In this document: positions 20,037 through 28,412 of the stretch, one piece after another | How positions within the stretch are numbered: position 1 is the first letter of the stretch | Layout: the number at the start of each line of letters is the position of its first letter | Source of the DNA: a virus | Taxonomy: Duplodnaviria; Caudoviricetes | Virus record (IMG/VR): IMGVR_UViG_2609460070_000002 | Span: 4,587 to 68,586 of that record | Length of the DNA stretch: 64,000 nucleotides | Reading direction: 5' to 3' (one strand) | Position numbers and translations under genes: made by a program | The notes under the pieces: model-generated | What the model was told of the DNA's origin: nothing | Databases searched by the model: none | Seen by the model: the letters and a program-made list of their open reading frames with translations, nothing else

Positions 20037-20582
20037 TTACGACAGAACGCCAGCTGCGATCAGGGCGGTGACCAGTCCAGCGACATCCGTGATTCCGCTG
20101 GAAGATTGCTGTAAGACGCCGCCGCGAAGAGATGCGGTTGGCGTGGCAAGCGCGACCGAAATCGAAGCGTTGGCCGCGCCCGTGAATGCTGCGCTGGTTC
20201 CCGTTGCTCCATCGGTCAAAGAGAATGTACGGCCCGTAGCGAGAGCAGTTGCCGTTCCAGCATTTCCAGTGACGGACGTCTGTGCAGGATGAACGTGATC
20301 GCCACGAGCATAGGTCGTCGCCACGCCAGGTGCTGCTGTTCCGGCCACGACTGGGTTTGTAGACGAAGCCGCCGGGATTGTTGTCGTGTCTGGAAGAGCA
20401 CTGACATCAGCAGCATCGAGCACCACAACGCCGGTTTGACCATTGACAGAAGCGACAGAGCCACCGCTGACACCGATTACCGCTTGAGCGGCGGCTTGCG
20501 ACGACGCCTTGAGAAGGCTAACACCGATCTCAGAAATCGGAAGATCACCGGTCTGCGGCGAAAAAATGACTGTGCCGGGCAT
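20037..20582 (-). CDS. Head/neck fibre-like protein
   Basis: SVNGQTG.V.L, YAR.DHVHP, A.ALAT.RT and GGV.Q..L.AAG fibre motifs. Confidence 0.6.
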   Translation of the reverse strand: MPGTVIFSPQTGDLPISEIGVSLLKASSQAAAQAVIGVSGGSVASVNGQTGVVVLDAADVSALPDTTTIPAASSTNPVVAGTAAPGVATTYARGDHVHPAQTSVTGNAGTATALATGRTFSLTDGATGTSAAFTGAANASISVALATPTASLRGGVLQQSSSGITDVAGLVTALIAAGVLS

Positions 20583-20598
20583 GGGTTATCCCTTCATC

Positions 20599-21138
20599 CT
20601 AAGATTTTACTTCGTAATCGATGCTATTGAGAAGATGTCCAGAATCCACCAAGGGCTTTGTCGAAACACCCTCGACGCTCTCGCCTGAAGCGACGCGTCT
20701 CGCTGCCTCACCAACGGTCTTTCCGGACACCACAAGTTCGGGGTCCTCGGCACGCATCTTGCGAAGCATGAGGGTGATATCGCTAAGCGGCGGAGCAAAC
20801 GTGTCGATGATCGATTGCTGCAACTGGCCCTTTATCGCTGCTCCGGTCTGTCCAAGCGTTTTGGCACCGTCGTAGCCGTTGGAGACCAGAAGGTTTCCGA
20901 CCGCTTCCGGCCATTCTGGGCTTTTCTGCTCAATCATAGTCCGGAAGAATGGTCGAGGCGGAATGCCTGCCTTTGGGGCGCCAAATTCTTGGATAGCCGC
21001 TACGTTGGCGACGTTTGTCCCATCTGGATAAGTGGCGTTTTCCAGAAAGCCGACGTCAACCTCGGAGGCTTTGGAAACCTTCTTGGCGATCTCGGCCAGA
21101 GCCGCCGCCAATTTGTCTCCACCCTTTAGCGTAACCAT
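20599..21138 (-). CDS. Neck/tail completion protein
   Basis: VGF...ATYPDG..A.IQEFG...IPPRPFFR..KPLVD.G.L..SI.YEV. Confidence 0.8.
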   Translation of the reverse strand: MVTLKGGDKLAAALAEIAKKVSKASEVDVGFLENATYPDGTNVANVAAIQEFGAPKAGIPPRPFFRTMIEQKSPEWPEAVGNLLVSNGYDGAKTLGQTGAAIKGQLQQSIIDTFAPPLSDITLMLRKMRAEDPELVVSGKTVGEAARRVASGESVEGVSTKPLVDSGHLLNSIDYEVKS

Positions 21139-21503
21139 CAGACAGCAGCAGCTGCCGCTTCATCTTTAGCCGCAGGTTCACCGGTCATCTCGCCGGCATC
21201 GCCTTCTGAAACGACCGGCTGTGGCTGCTCTTCGTCGGAAGACGCAGGCGTTTCTTGGCCGGCTTCTTCCCCCGGAGCGGAATCGCTGGCTTCAGCTTCT
21301 TCGGCTGGAGACGTATCCGCGATCTCGGAAACATCCTCAGTGGATGCTTCTTCCTGCACTTCGGGTTCTGCGTCCGTTGCCACTGTCGGCTCATCGCCGA
21401 CAAGACGAGACAGGATATCTTCGGCCCAAGCCTTGAAAGCCATCAACTCGGCATTGTCGGCCAGAAGTCGGCGGATATGCTTTTCATGAGCGTCGAAGTC
21501 CAT
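21138..21503 (-). CDS. Acidic low-complexity hypothetical protein
   Basis: Coupled ORF, Glu/Ala-rich. Confidence 0.6.
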   Translation of the reverse strand: MDFDAHEKHIRRLLADNAELMAFKAWAEDILSRLVGDEPTVATDAEPEVQEEASTEDVSEIADTSPAEEAEASDSAPGEEAGQETPASSDEEQPQPVVSEGDAGEMTGEPAAKDEAAAAAV

Positions 21504-21700
21504 CAGTTGGCTTCCTTTTCGGACGAGACTGCCTCAGCAGCGCTTTTCTTGGTTGATGTGGCCGAAGCCGAGGCACAGACAGACTGCTCGTCCACGGCGC
21601 TCTGTGCGTCCATCGCGTCAAGTCTGTCTTCGATGCGCTTCAGGCGATCATCGACCTCGGCCTTATGATCGCGAAATTCTTTGGTGTATGCCTTGTCCAC
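21503..21700 (-). CDS. Small coiled-coil hypothetical protein
   Basis: GTG start with AGGA RBS; contains DAMDA motif. Confidence 0.5.
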   Translation of the reverse strand: MDKAYTKEFRDHKAEVDDRLKRIEDRLDAMDAQSAVDEQSVCASASATSTKKSAAEAVSSEKEAN

Positions 21701-21710
21701 GACAATCTTC

Positions 21711-22154
21711 CTATTGGTTGATCCACGGGTTGAAGTTGCGACGAGGCCCTGGGATGTAACGCATCGTGCGATAGGCAGCAGTCGCAGCCCAAAACATCGC
21801 CCCGAACTCGGTCTGCAGGAACCACGCATTATTCGGGGTGCTCGGGAAATCCGCCGACACGGATACGCTGCCTTCAGTGGCGTCACTGATGCGCCCGACA
21901 AGTTGGACGCCTCCGGAGCCATCAATGCCCGTCCCCTTGGGGCCGAACATCAGTTGGGCAACATGAGCGACCATCAAATTCAGAAGGACGGTTTGGGTCT
22001 CGGCTTTGGTCACCGGCCCACCGCCGTCATTGCGGCAGTAGACTTCAGCGATCGGCAGGATGAGGCCGGTCACTTGGGTTTGATTTAGGCCCGGAGTAAA
22101 CTGTGGGAATGTCGCGGCCCAGTTCGCATAGTCGAAAGTAACCTGCACACCCAC
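21711..22154 (-). CDS. Head-tail adaptor, DUF4054 family
   Basis: F...FPQF..L.VAH...VGRIS.ATEGSVSVS..W..QT.FG..FW; GTG start with GAGGAG. Confidence 0.85.
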   Translation of the reverse strand: MGVQVTFDYANWAATFPQFTPGLNQTQVTGLILPIAEVYCRNDGGGPVTKAETQTVLLNLMVAHVAQLMFGPKGTGIDGSGGVQLVGRISDATEGSVSVSADFPSTPNNAWFLQTEFGAMFWAATAAYRTMRYIPGPRRNFNPWINQ

Positions 22155-22170
22155 AGTCGTCTCTCCTCGG

Positions 22171-22599
22171 TTAGGCCGCTTCCTGCTTGTTCGCGGTCTG
22201 AATGCCGCGCGGCAGGTTATTCGGGTCGACCGGCTCCAAGCCGCTGCGTGTCGATTTGAACTCATTCGTCATGCCGCGGACGGTGTCCTGCTTTTCGCTG
22301 GCGAAGATGAGCTTGTTTCTGACGGCGTCATGATCCTTGTTCTGCGAGAGCCATGCGTCGAAGAATTCCTTGTCGACGCCATGGGTGATGGCATAGCTCG
22401 ATCCACGAGCTGCCATTGGCTGATCAGGGCGCTGCTTTTCCAGATAGCCTCGAATAGTCACGGCCTGGCCACGAGGTTGGGCCTTCTTCACGGCCCGGAT
22501 TTCGCCCATAGCGTTGCTTTCGACGCTGTCGATCGTATCGAACACGCGCAGTTCAAGGCCATGCGGGAGTTTGCACGCCACGGAAACTGTAGCAGTCAT
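22171..22599 (-). CDS. Conserved phage protein downstream of major capsid
   Basis: VACKLPHGL..T.GVDK.F..AW..SGLEP.DP. Confidence 0.75.
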   Translation of the reverse strand: MTATVSVACKLPHGLELRVFDTIDSVESNAMGEIRAVKKAQPRGQAVTIRGYLEKQRPDQPMAARGSSYAITHGVDKEFFDAWLSQNKDHDAVRNKLIFASEKQDTVRGMTNEFKSTRSGLEPVDPNNLPRGIQTANKQEAA

Positions 22600-22624
22600 G
22601 GTAGGCTCCATTGTTGAGATTGAG

Positions 22625-22722
22625 AACGTCGGCGTCACGAGATGAACAGGTATCGCGGGAGGAGGTACGAGCCGCGCATCCGTCTAGGCACTCGTCAGTG
22701 CCCGCCGACTTATCGGTTGACG
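22625..22722 (-). ncRNA. Candidate structured RNA with CCUCCUCCC loop after capsid gene
   Basis: Stems GTCGGCG/CGCCGAC, GGCAC/GTGCC and CGCGG/CCGCG in a ~100-nt intergenic segment. Confidence 0.4.
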
Positions 22723-22723
22723 T

Positions 22724-23836
22724 TTAGACGCCGAGCATCTGGCTGAGGCCAGCCGGCTGGCGGATGATTGCACCCCACGAACCAGCGGTCATCTTCTTCT
22801 TCCACGAAGACATGGCGCGGATAATCGGGTGGCTGCGCAGCTTTTCGTTGAATGCGCAGTAGCCGACATCCTGGCCATCGACGTCATCGAGGATGAGCTG
22901 GACCAGATTGCCGCCGGCGATACCTGCGGGGTTGGTTGCGCTCTGCGCGCCGTACTGCACGGCGGAGATGACACGAAGGTTCGGGAAGTTCTCCTTGAGG
23001 AGGGCCTTCACGTTGACGCCGAACGAGTTGGTCGCGGTCATGGCCACCAGAGATTCCGGGGACATGGCGAGCGTCATCTTGGCATCGGCATCGATTTGGT
23101 TCGGGGTCTGACTGACGCCAGCGGTCTGAGCAACGACCTTGATCCAGAGGGCCTGGATATCGGCGAAGATCTCATTGGCAGTGGCGACGATCTGGCCATT
23201 GTTGGTCCACTTCACGCCGCCATAGGCCTTGGTGGACGGGCTGAGAGGAGCCGACAGGTTCGGATCGTTCAGGATACCGTAGTTCTGCAGGCCCTGAATG
23301 CCGAGGAAGTAGGTCTGGTTCAGGAAGCGAGCCAGGACCGTAGTGCCGGCGGTATCGACTTCGCCGACCCAATTGACGCGACCAAGACCAGCACGTTCGA
23401 TTTCCAGTTCGCCGTATTCGGAGATGGTCTGGAAAAGGTAGGACTGACGCTGTGGCCAGTTCATATTGGCGCCGGAACGACCGTTTTCGTTGTAGTCGCC
23501 GTAGGACGAAACTTCGCCCGTGGCTTCAACGACCGGGAACATCGCGGTCTGATCGATCCATGTGCCCTTGCGAGTTTCGCCGAAGATCTCGGCGGCGCGG
23601 GTCGGGGCGAACACGACCCGATAGACGTCGGGGTCGATAAGGGTCGTCAGAAAAGCCGGGATACCCGAGTTCGGCGCGGTGGAAAGCGCCGGCTGGGCGT
23701 CCATTGCCATGAAGTTAACCTTCACGTCAGACCATGTGTAGGCCTGAGCATCGGGAAGATAAACGCCGGCCGCTTCGAACATCGGACGATGTGCATTCCA
23801 GGCAGCGGCAGCCTGATGGTAGTCATGAAATTCCAT
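22724..23836 (-). CDS. Major capsid protein (DUF2184-like)
   Basis: AMDAQP..T..N.GIP..L, KG.W, G....YGD, YG.LNDP.L; size and synteny. Confidence 0.9.
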   Translation of the reverse strand: MEFHDYHQAAAAWNAHRPMFEAAGVYLPDAQAYTWSDVKVNFMAMDAQPALSTAPNSGIPAFLTTLIDPDVYRVVFAPTRAAEIFGETRKGTWIDQTAMFPVVEATGEVSSYGDYNENGRSGANMNWPQRQSYLFQTISEYGELEIERAGLGRVNWVGEVDTAGTTVLARFLNQTYFLGIQGLQNYGILNDPNLSAPLSPSTKAYGGVKWTNNGQIVATANEIFADIQALWIKVVAQTAGVSQTPNQIDADAKMTLAMSPESLVAMTATNSFGVNVKALLKENFPNLRVISAVQYGAQSATNPAGIAGGNLVQLILDDVDGQDVGYCAFNEKLRSHPIIRAMSSWKKKMTAGSWGAIIRQPAGLSQMLGV

Positions 23837-23910
23837 TGTTGCATCTCCTCAGGGAGCCGCCGGCGCGGAATGCGGCCGGCGATTGGGTTTGGGAATGGCG
23901 AGGGCTAGGA

Positions 23911-24849
23911 TTAGCCCTGTAGCCATGAGCTGATCTTCATGAGTTCGCCCGGGAGAGCGGACGAGCGGACGACGAACTTGGTTTCGACATTGGTCGCCCC
24001 AGTGATCGCCGTAGACGCCACAACGGTGTTGTTGTTGACGATGTATGTCCCAGCACCACCAGTGCCGGTACCAAGCGCAGTGATGGCAGTGCCAGCAACG
24101 ACGTTGGTACCAGAAAGGGTCTGGCCGACGCCGAACACGCCGGCAACAGTGCCGCCGACCGTGAGCGTGCCGTAAGTGCCGCTGATCGTGGTGGATGCCA
24201 CGGTCTGCTCAGGAATGCTGACGGCGTACGTTCCAATCCCACCGGTCGTGCCGGAGAGCTGGGAAATGATCTGAGTGCCGCTTGCCACGCTGGTACCGGA
24301 GATCGTGCCGCCGGGGACAACCGTGCCAGAACCAACGGCGGAAACCGTCAGGACATTGTCAGCGATCGAACCAGTTACCGAGAACGTCGATGCGGCAATC
24401 GAGCTTGCCGAACCAGAGGCGCCGCTCGGGGCGCCCGTAGCAGCCGCGGTGAACTTGCCGTCGGCGAAGTTGGCATATGCCTTCATACCGGGGGTGGCTT
24501 GGGTCGCGCCGTTGTTTTTCACCCAGAAGTCGCCATTGTCGAACACCGTGACCGGGAAGCCGGACGGAACGATCATGGTCGATTCCTGGAGATACTGCTG
24601 GATAAGGCCCTGCTGTTCGCGATGGGCGATACCAGCGATAGGGCCAGAGCCAAAGGCATTGGCGACAGCCGGCGCACCGTCATCGTCAATGAAAGAGCTG
24701 GTCAGCCAAATGGCACGGGCGATAATGAAGGATGCACCGGCGATAAGGCCACCGGGACCGGCGAGAACCACGGCACGCGGATTGGTGCTGGCAAAGTCGC
24801 CTTCAACCGCCGGAGCCTGGTTATAATAAACCTGCGTCTGGAATCCCAT
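23911..24849 (-). CDS. Capsid cement/decoration protein with inserted modules
   Basis: FQ.QV...A.AVEGDFAS.NP, G..HRE.Q, GDFW, ET.F.V motifs upstream of MCP. Confidence 0.8.
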   Translation of the reverse strand: MGFQTQVYYNQAPAVEGDFASTNPRAVVLAGPGGLIAGASFIIARAIWLTSSFIDDDGAPAVANAFGSGPIAGIAHREQQGLIQQYLQESTMIVPSGFPVTVFDNGDFWVKNNGATQATPGMKAYANFADGKFTAAATGAPSGASGSASSIAASTFSVTGSIADNVLTVSAVGSGTVVPGGTISGTSVASGTQIISQLSGTTGGIGTYAVSIPEQTVASTTISGTYGTLTVGGTVAGVFGVGQTLSGTNVVAGTAITALGTGTGGAGTYIVNNNTVVASTAITGATNVETKFVVRSSALPGELMKISSWLQG

Positions 24850-24863
24850 TGGGGAATCTCCTC

Positions 24864-24890
24864 AAAGAAAAAGCCGCACTAAGGCGGCTC
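24864..24890 (-). terminator. Terminator/attenuator after protease gene
   Basis: AGCCGC-CTTAGT-GCGGCT followed by TTTCTTT. Confidence 0.6.
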
Positions 24891-24917
24891 GATGGGTTGT
24901 GGTTGAGATCGAGGCGA

Positions 24918-26720
24918 TTAGAGCGTCTTGACCGTGTGCGACTTTGCTTCGGGGTAGAGTTCGAAGAAGGACGATGCCCCCTTGGCATCCATGGCAACCT
25001 TCGTGGTGCGCTGGATGTTGGCGCCGGGAAGAGGCTGGGCCTTGAGGATCGCCTTGAGAGCAGGAAGCTCCTTGACGTCGGAGACATCGACGTTCATGGA
25101 CGTCAGGGTCGAGCGGTAGATTGCGTCGGCACTGTCCATAGCCACAACCTTGCCGACGTAGGGCCGGACGGCTTCTTCGGCATCGCGGATGGAATTCAGG
25201 CGAGCGATGGTAGACTTTTCCGCTTGGCTGGCAGCCGTGCGAGCTACCGATACAAGGGCGGCGTCCATAGCCTTCTTGGAAACCATTTCTTCCTTGTCCT
25301 CATCTTCGGCCTTTTTGTCGTCATCCTCTTCGGATTCGTCCTCGGCCTTCTTGTCCTTGTCTTCTTCCTCGTCCATGGCTTCCTGGTCGTCTTCCAGGTC
25401 CTCGTCTTCCGCCGCATTCTTCGGAAGATCTTCATCGATCGCCAGAAGCTTCTTGACGACGTCTTCGATCTTGGCATCTTGCGCCAAGACGCCAGTGAGC
25501 GCTGCGGTTAGAGCCGCCGACCTGGCTGCATGTGCTGCGATTTTCTTAGCCATATCAGGCTCCTTTTCGCGTTTGATTGCTTCATCACCGACAACGACAT
25601 CGGGACCGGCGCGGCCCTCAACGACAAGGGCGAGGTGATTGCCGCCTATGTTTCTCATGACGCCATCGAACCTCTGTCCGTTGGCGATGCCTGGTGTCAT
25701 GTCGGCCTCATAGCGATAACCGCATGACAATTCTTTCTGCTTGTCTGCCTCGATCAGGTCGATTGCTTCACCGTCCCAGATATTGAGGGAGGCCATCAGG
25801 TATGGGGCCTTGAACGCCACATTGCTGCCGATTGAACCAACAACGATCTCGCGCGGGTGTTCTTCCGCGCTGACCGGCTTATGAATGATGAGGATCGGCT
25901 TGCCGGCGAATGACTGCGCCGCTATGGCAAGCTCGTCTGGGTCGCGGTACATCTGGTAGATGCGATCTGGATCAAGACCGAGGCCCAACGCGTTCGGGAT
26001 CTCCCGGCCATAGTAGGGGCAGATATTCGCCTTTGAGATCGGCGTCTCTTCCACGAACATGTGACCGTCTGCGTCGATGCGACGAACACTGCGATCCATC
26101 GCAATCGTGTCCATCGCGCCCATGATCTGGCCCTCCTGCTCTTCGGTGTTCACCCAATTGACAAAGCCGATGCGCAGCGCTGCCCAGTCTTCCGCTGTCA
26201 GTTCACCATCGATACCGAGCTGGGAGCACAAGGTTTCCATCACGGCAGGGTGCATCGGACCCGGAAGCATGTTCATCGGGCACCAAGCGTAGCCGGTGTG
26301 CTCGTCGTTGAGCTGAGGCACAAACTTCGAAGGCACCGATTGTGCGAAGGTGTGAAACGCTTTCCCAGTCGGTGTGACGCGGCTGTCGAGCAACTTCATT
26401 GCTGTCGCGCTCTCCGGAATGAGCATACCCATCTCTTCGTGCGCTTCACGGTCTGCGGTCTGTTCTGGCGTTTCGCCTTCTTCGCCGCCTCCACCGGGGA
26501 GAGCCCAATGGCCGGCATAGTTCGTCTCGGTCGAGGACCGACGCAGCAACAGCACGTCACCATCCGGCGCGACGTAGAGGATGCCAGCGGCATGGCCATT
26601 GACGGCATCGGCAGCGACGAATTCCCCGCCAACCTTCTTCGGGATGCCCAATCGGGATTTCCCCTCAGCGGCTGCATACATCGCGCGCCTTTGAGCCTCA
26701 CTGGTTGCTGGCAACTTCAT
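24918..26720 (-). CDS. Head maturation protease/scaffold (DUF2213) with N-terminal NUDIX hydrolase domain
   Basis: Nudix box G-x5-E-x7-REAHEEMG; DUF2213 motifs PISKA..PYYG.EIP, ELSCGY.Y, NHLALV..GRAG; acidic scaffold tail. Confidence 0.9.
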   Translation of the reverse strand: MKLPATSEAQRRAMYAAAEGKSRLGIPKKVGGEFVAADAVNGHAAGILYVAPDGDVLLLRRSSTETNYAGHWALPGGGGEEGETPEQTADREAHEEMGMLIPESATAMKLLDSRVTPTGKAFHTFAQSVPSKFVPQLNDEHTGYAWCPMNMLPGPMHPAVMETLCSQLGIDGELTAEDWAALRIGFVNWVNTEEQEGQIMGAMDTIAMDRSVRRIDADGHMFVEETPISKANICPYYGREIPNALGLGLDPDRIYQMYRDPDELAIAAQSFAGKPILIIHKPVSAEEHPREIVVGSIGSNVAFKAPYLMASLNIWDGEAIDLIEADKQKELSCGYRYEADMTPGIANGQRFDGVMRNIGGNHLALVVEGRAGPDVVVGDEAIKREKEPDMAKKIAAHAARSAALTAALTGVLAQDAKIEDVVKKLLAIDEDLPKNAAEDEDLEDDQEAMDEEEDKDKKAEDESEEDDDKKAEDEDKEEMVSKKAMDAALVSVARTAASQAEKSTIARLNSIRDAEEAVRPYVGKVVAMDSADAIYRSTLTSMNVDVSDVKELPALKAILKAQPLPGANIQRTTKVAMDAKGASSFFELYPEAKSHTVKTL

Positions 26721-26952
26721 CTTCCTTCTTGAGGCCGATCCAGTCACCACCGCGACCGGGATTATCGCCGACGACTACCAGCCGAGGATCGGCCTCGATC
26801 GCCTTAGCGAGCGCCTCATACTGTTCATCGACGGTTGCCCCGGGGATCTGATACCCCATGTTCGTGAAGCCATGCAGGATCATGCCGAGCGTGCGAGATC
26901 CATGACGCGCAACGAGTTCGTGCGCGAAGTCCTGAAGATGCGATGGCATCAC
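26698..26952 (-). CDS. Hypothetical protein
   Basis: ORF with GGAG RBS between MuF and protease. Confidence 0.55.
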   Translation of the reverse strand: MMPSHLQDFAHELVARHGSRTLGMILHGFTNMGYQIPGATVDEQYEALAKAIEADPRLVVVGDNPGRGGDWIGLKKEDEVASNQ

Positions 26953-26965
26953 TCACTCCCGATTT

Positions 26966-27790
26966 TCAGCTAAAGCCTTTGATGACGGGCCGGCCAACGC
27001 ATTTGCAGTTGATCAGCTCACCAGGTTGTATCTTGTGACCAACCGCAGGATCGAACCATCCCTCGCCAATCGCGTAACGTGTCTGCTCGCGTCCGGCCTT
27101 CAGATGCGTGGGCCTAGGCTCTCGCCCCCCACCGCTATGCACCCATACAGCCTCATCCAGCCCCAATTCGAGCTGGCGAGCCCGTGAGAGCGATGCTGTG
27201 GCCTTATTGCTCTGGTCTCTGCTGATCAAGGCAGCGCGTCTCCGCGTCACCCCCAGCCGCTCCTGAAGCTCTTTTGAGACAACCCCGAGATCGCGCCCGT
27301 TCTGGACGCCACGCATCACGATCCCCTCTACCTGAGAGAGATATTGCTGCGGAATGCTTTTGATCAGGGCGACATTCTCATGGACCGTCGCATCGATCAC
27401 GTCTCGCATAGCCGGCGTGATCTGAAAGGACACGGTCCAGCCGCCGTCCTTCATAATCTTCTTCATCGCAGCCGTAGAGCGCGTCTCCACCGACTGAGTG
27501 AAGTGCTCTGCCAACTTGGTCGACATCTCATCGAACCGCTTTAGCCAGCGCTTAGACAGGTCTTTCATCGATCTGCGCAGCGCGTCGGCCGGGGTCTCAT
27601 CTTCCGCGATGATCCTCGGCGTGTTCTGGCGATAGGTTGCGGTCAGCCAGTATTCTACCGAAGCAGCCATCTCTCGGATCATCGCATCAAGGCGACGGCG
27701 ATATTCAGCCTCAATCCCGGCATTTGGATGGATCGGCCTCAGGATCGTCTCTGCGGCCCTTGGCGTCTTCCGCCTCATCCTGCTTGCCAT
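26966..27790 (-). CDS. MuF/SPP1 gp7-like head morphogenesis protein (short form)
   Basis: ENV.LIKSI, RA.LI.RDQ..K, W.HS...PR..H, PG.LINC.C. Confidence 0.9.
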   Translation of the reverse strand: MASRMRRKTPRAAETILRPIHPNAGIEAEYRRRLDAMIREMAASVEYWLTATYRQNTPRIIAEDETPADALRRSMKDLSKRWLKRFDEMSTKLAEHFTQSVETRSTAAMKKIMKDGGWTVSFQITPAMRDVIDATVHENVALIKSIPQQYLSQVEGIVMRGVQNGRDLGVVSKELQERLGVTRRRAALISRDQSNKATASLSRARQLELGLDEAVWVHSGGGREPRPTHLKAGREQTRYAIGEGWFDPAVGHKIQPGELINCKCVGRPVIKGFS

Positions 27791-27884
27791 CGGGCTTCTC
27801 CGGCTTCTCTAGGCTTTCTGGTAGCCCATCACGCGGCTTTGGTTCTTTCGCGTTGATGATGTCCCAGAGATCCAGTTTGATCAC
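27711..27884 (-). CDS. Small charged hypothetical protein (57 aa)
   Basis: Manual ORF, GTG start overlapping the upstream stop (GTGA). Confidence 0.35.
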   Translation of the reverse strand: MIKLDLWDIINAKEPKPRDGLPESLEKPEKPDGKQDEAEDAKGRRDDPEADPSKCRD

Positions 27885-28063
27885 GTCGTTGGCGCCTCGC
27901 TGTCGGAAGAGCCGTTATCTTCGGTTCGGGGCGGAGAGGCAATACCCGCCGCCAAGACGAATTGCTCAAGATGCAGGACGGCGCGAATAATGCTCTCCGG
28001 ATCGTCAAGCGTGCGGGCCACCAGTTCCAGGCACCGCATGCGAACTTCAACCGGTCCCATCAA
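27881..28063 (-). CDS. Small hypothetical protein
   Basis: Coupled ORF; EVRMRCLELVAR..DPE motif. Confidence 0.55.
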   Translation of the reverse strand: MMGPVEVRMRCLELVARTLDDPESIIRAVLHLEQFVLAAGIASPPRTEDNGSSDSEAPTT

Positions 28064-28245
28064 TTCACCTCAGAAGCCTTCTGATCATTCTTCTCGGCGT
28101 CACTATCCTTTACGGCATAGATTTCGCCACAGATTACAAAGATCGCCAGCGTGCTTGCCGTGGATGTAGCCAACTCGGGATCAGTGATACCCCAATCGCG
28201 CGCAACTATTTCCAAGCATTTCATGCGGATATCATTGTCATCCAT
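28060..28245 (-). CDS. Small hypothetical protein, paralog of 27881..28063
   Basis: DIRMKCLEIVAR....DPE; ATG overlaps the upstream stop. Confidence 0.55.
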   Translation of the reverse strand: MDDNDIRMKCLEIVARDWGITDPELATSTASTLAIFVICGEIYAVKDSDAEKNDQKASEVN

Positions 28246-28412
28246 CACATCACCCCGATAACTTGATGCCAAAACCAATACGACCGAGGCTCGCCCCAGA
28301 TCGCGAACCCGTAGGACATGCCAACCGAAGCGACGAAGCCGATCAGATAGGTTCCCCATATGAACGGCTTCTCACCGACACGATCAATGATCTTTTGGCA
28401 GAAGGATTCCAT
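28245..28412 (-). CDS. Small membrane protein (55 aa)
   Basis: Manual ORF MESFCQKII..; TGATG coupling at both ends; hydrophobic core. Confidence 0.5.
   Translation of the reverse strand: MESFCQKIIDRVGEKPFIWGTYLIGFVASVGMSYGFAIWGEPRSYWFWHQVIGVM

Noticed and set aside
22680-22705. Hammerhead ribozyme (CTGACGA)
   Set aside because: No GAAA or stem III/UH element in the required arrangement.
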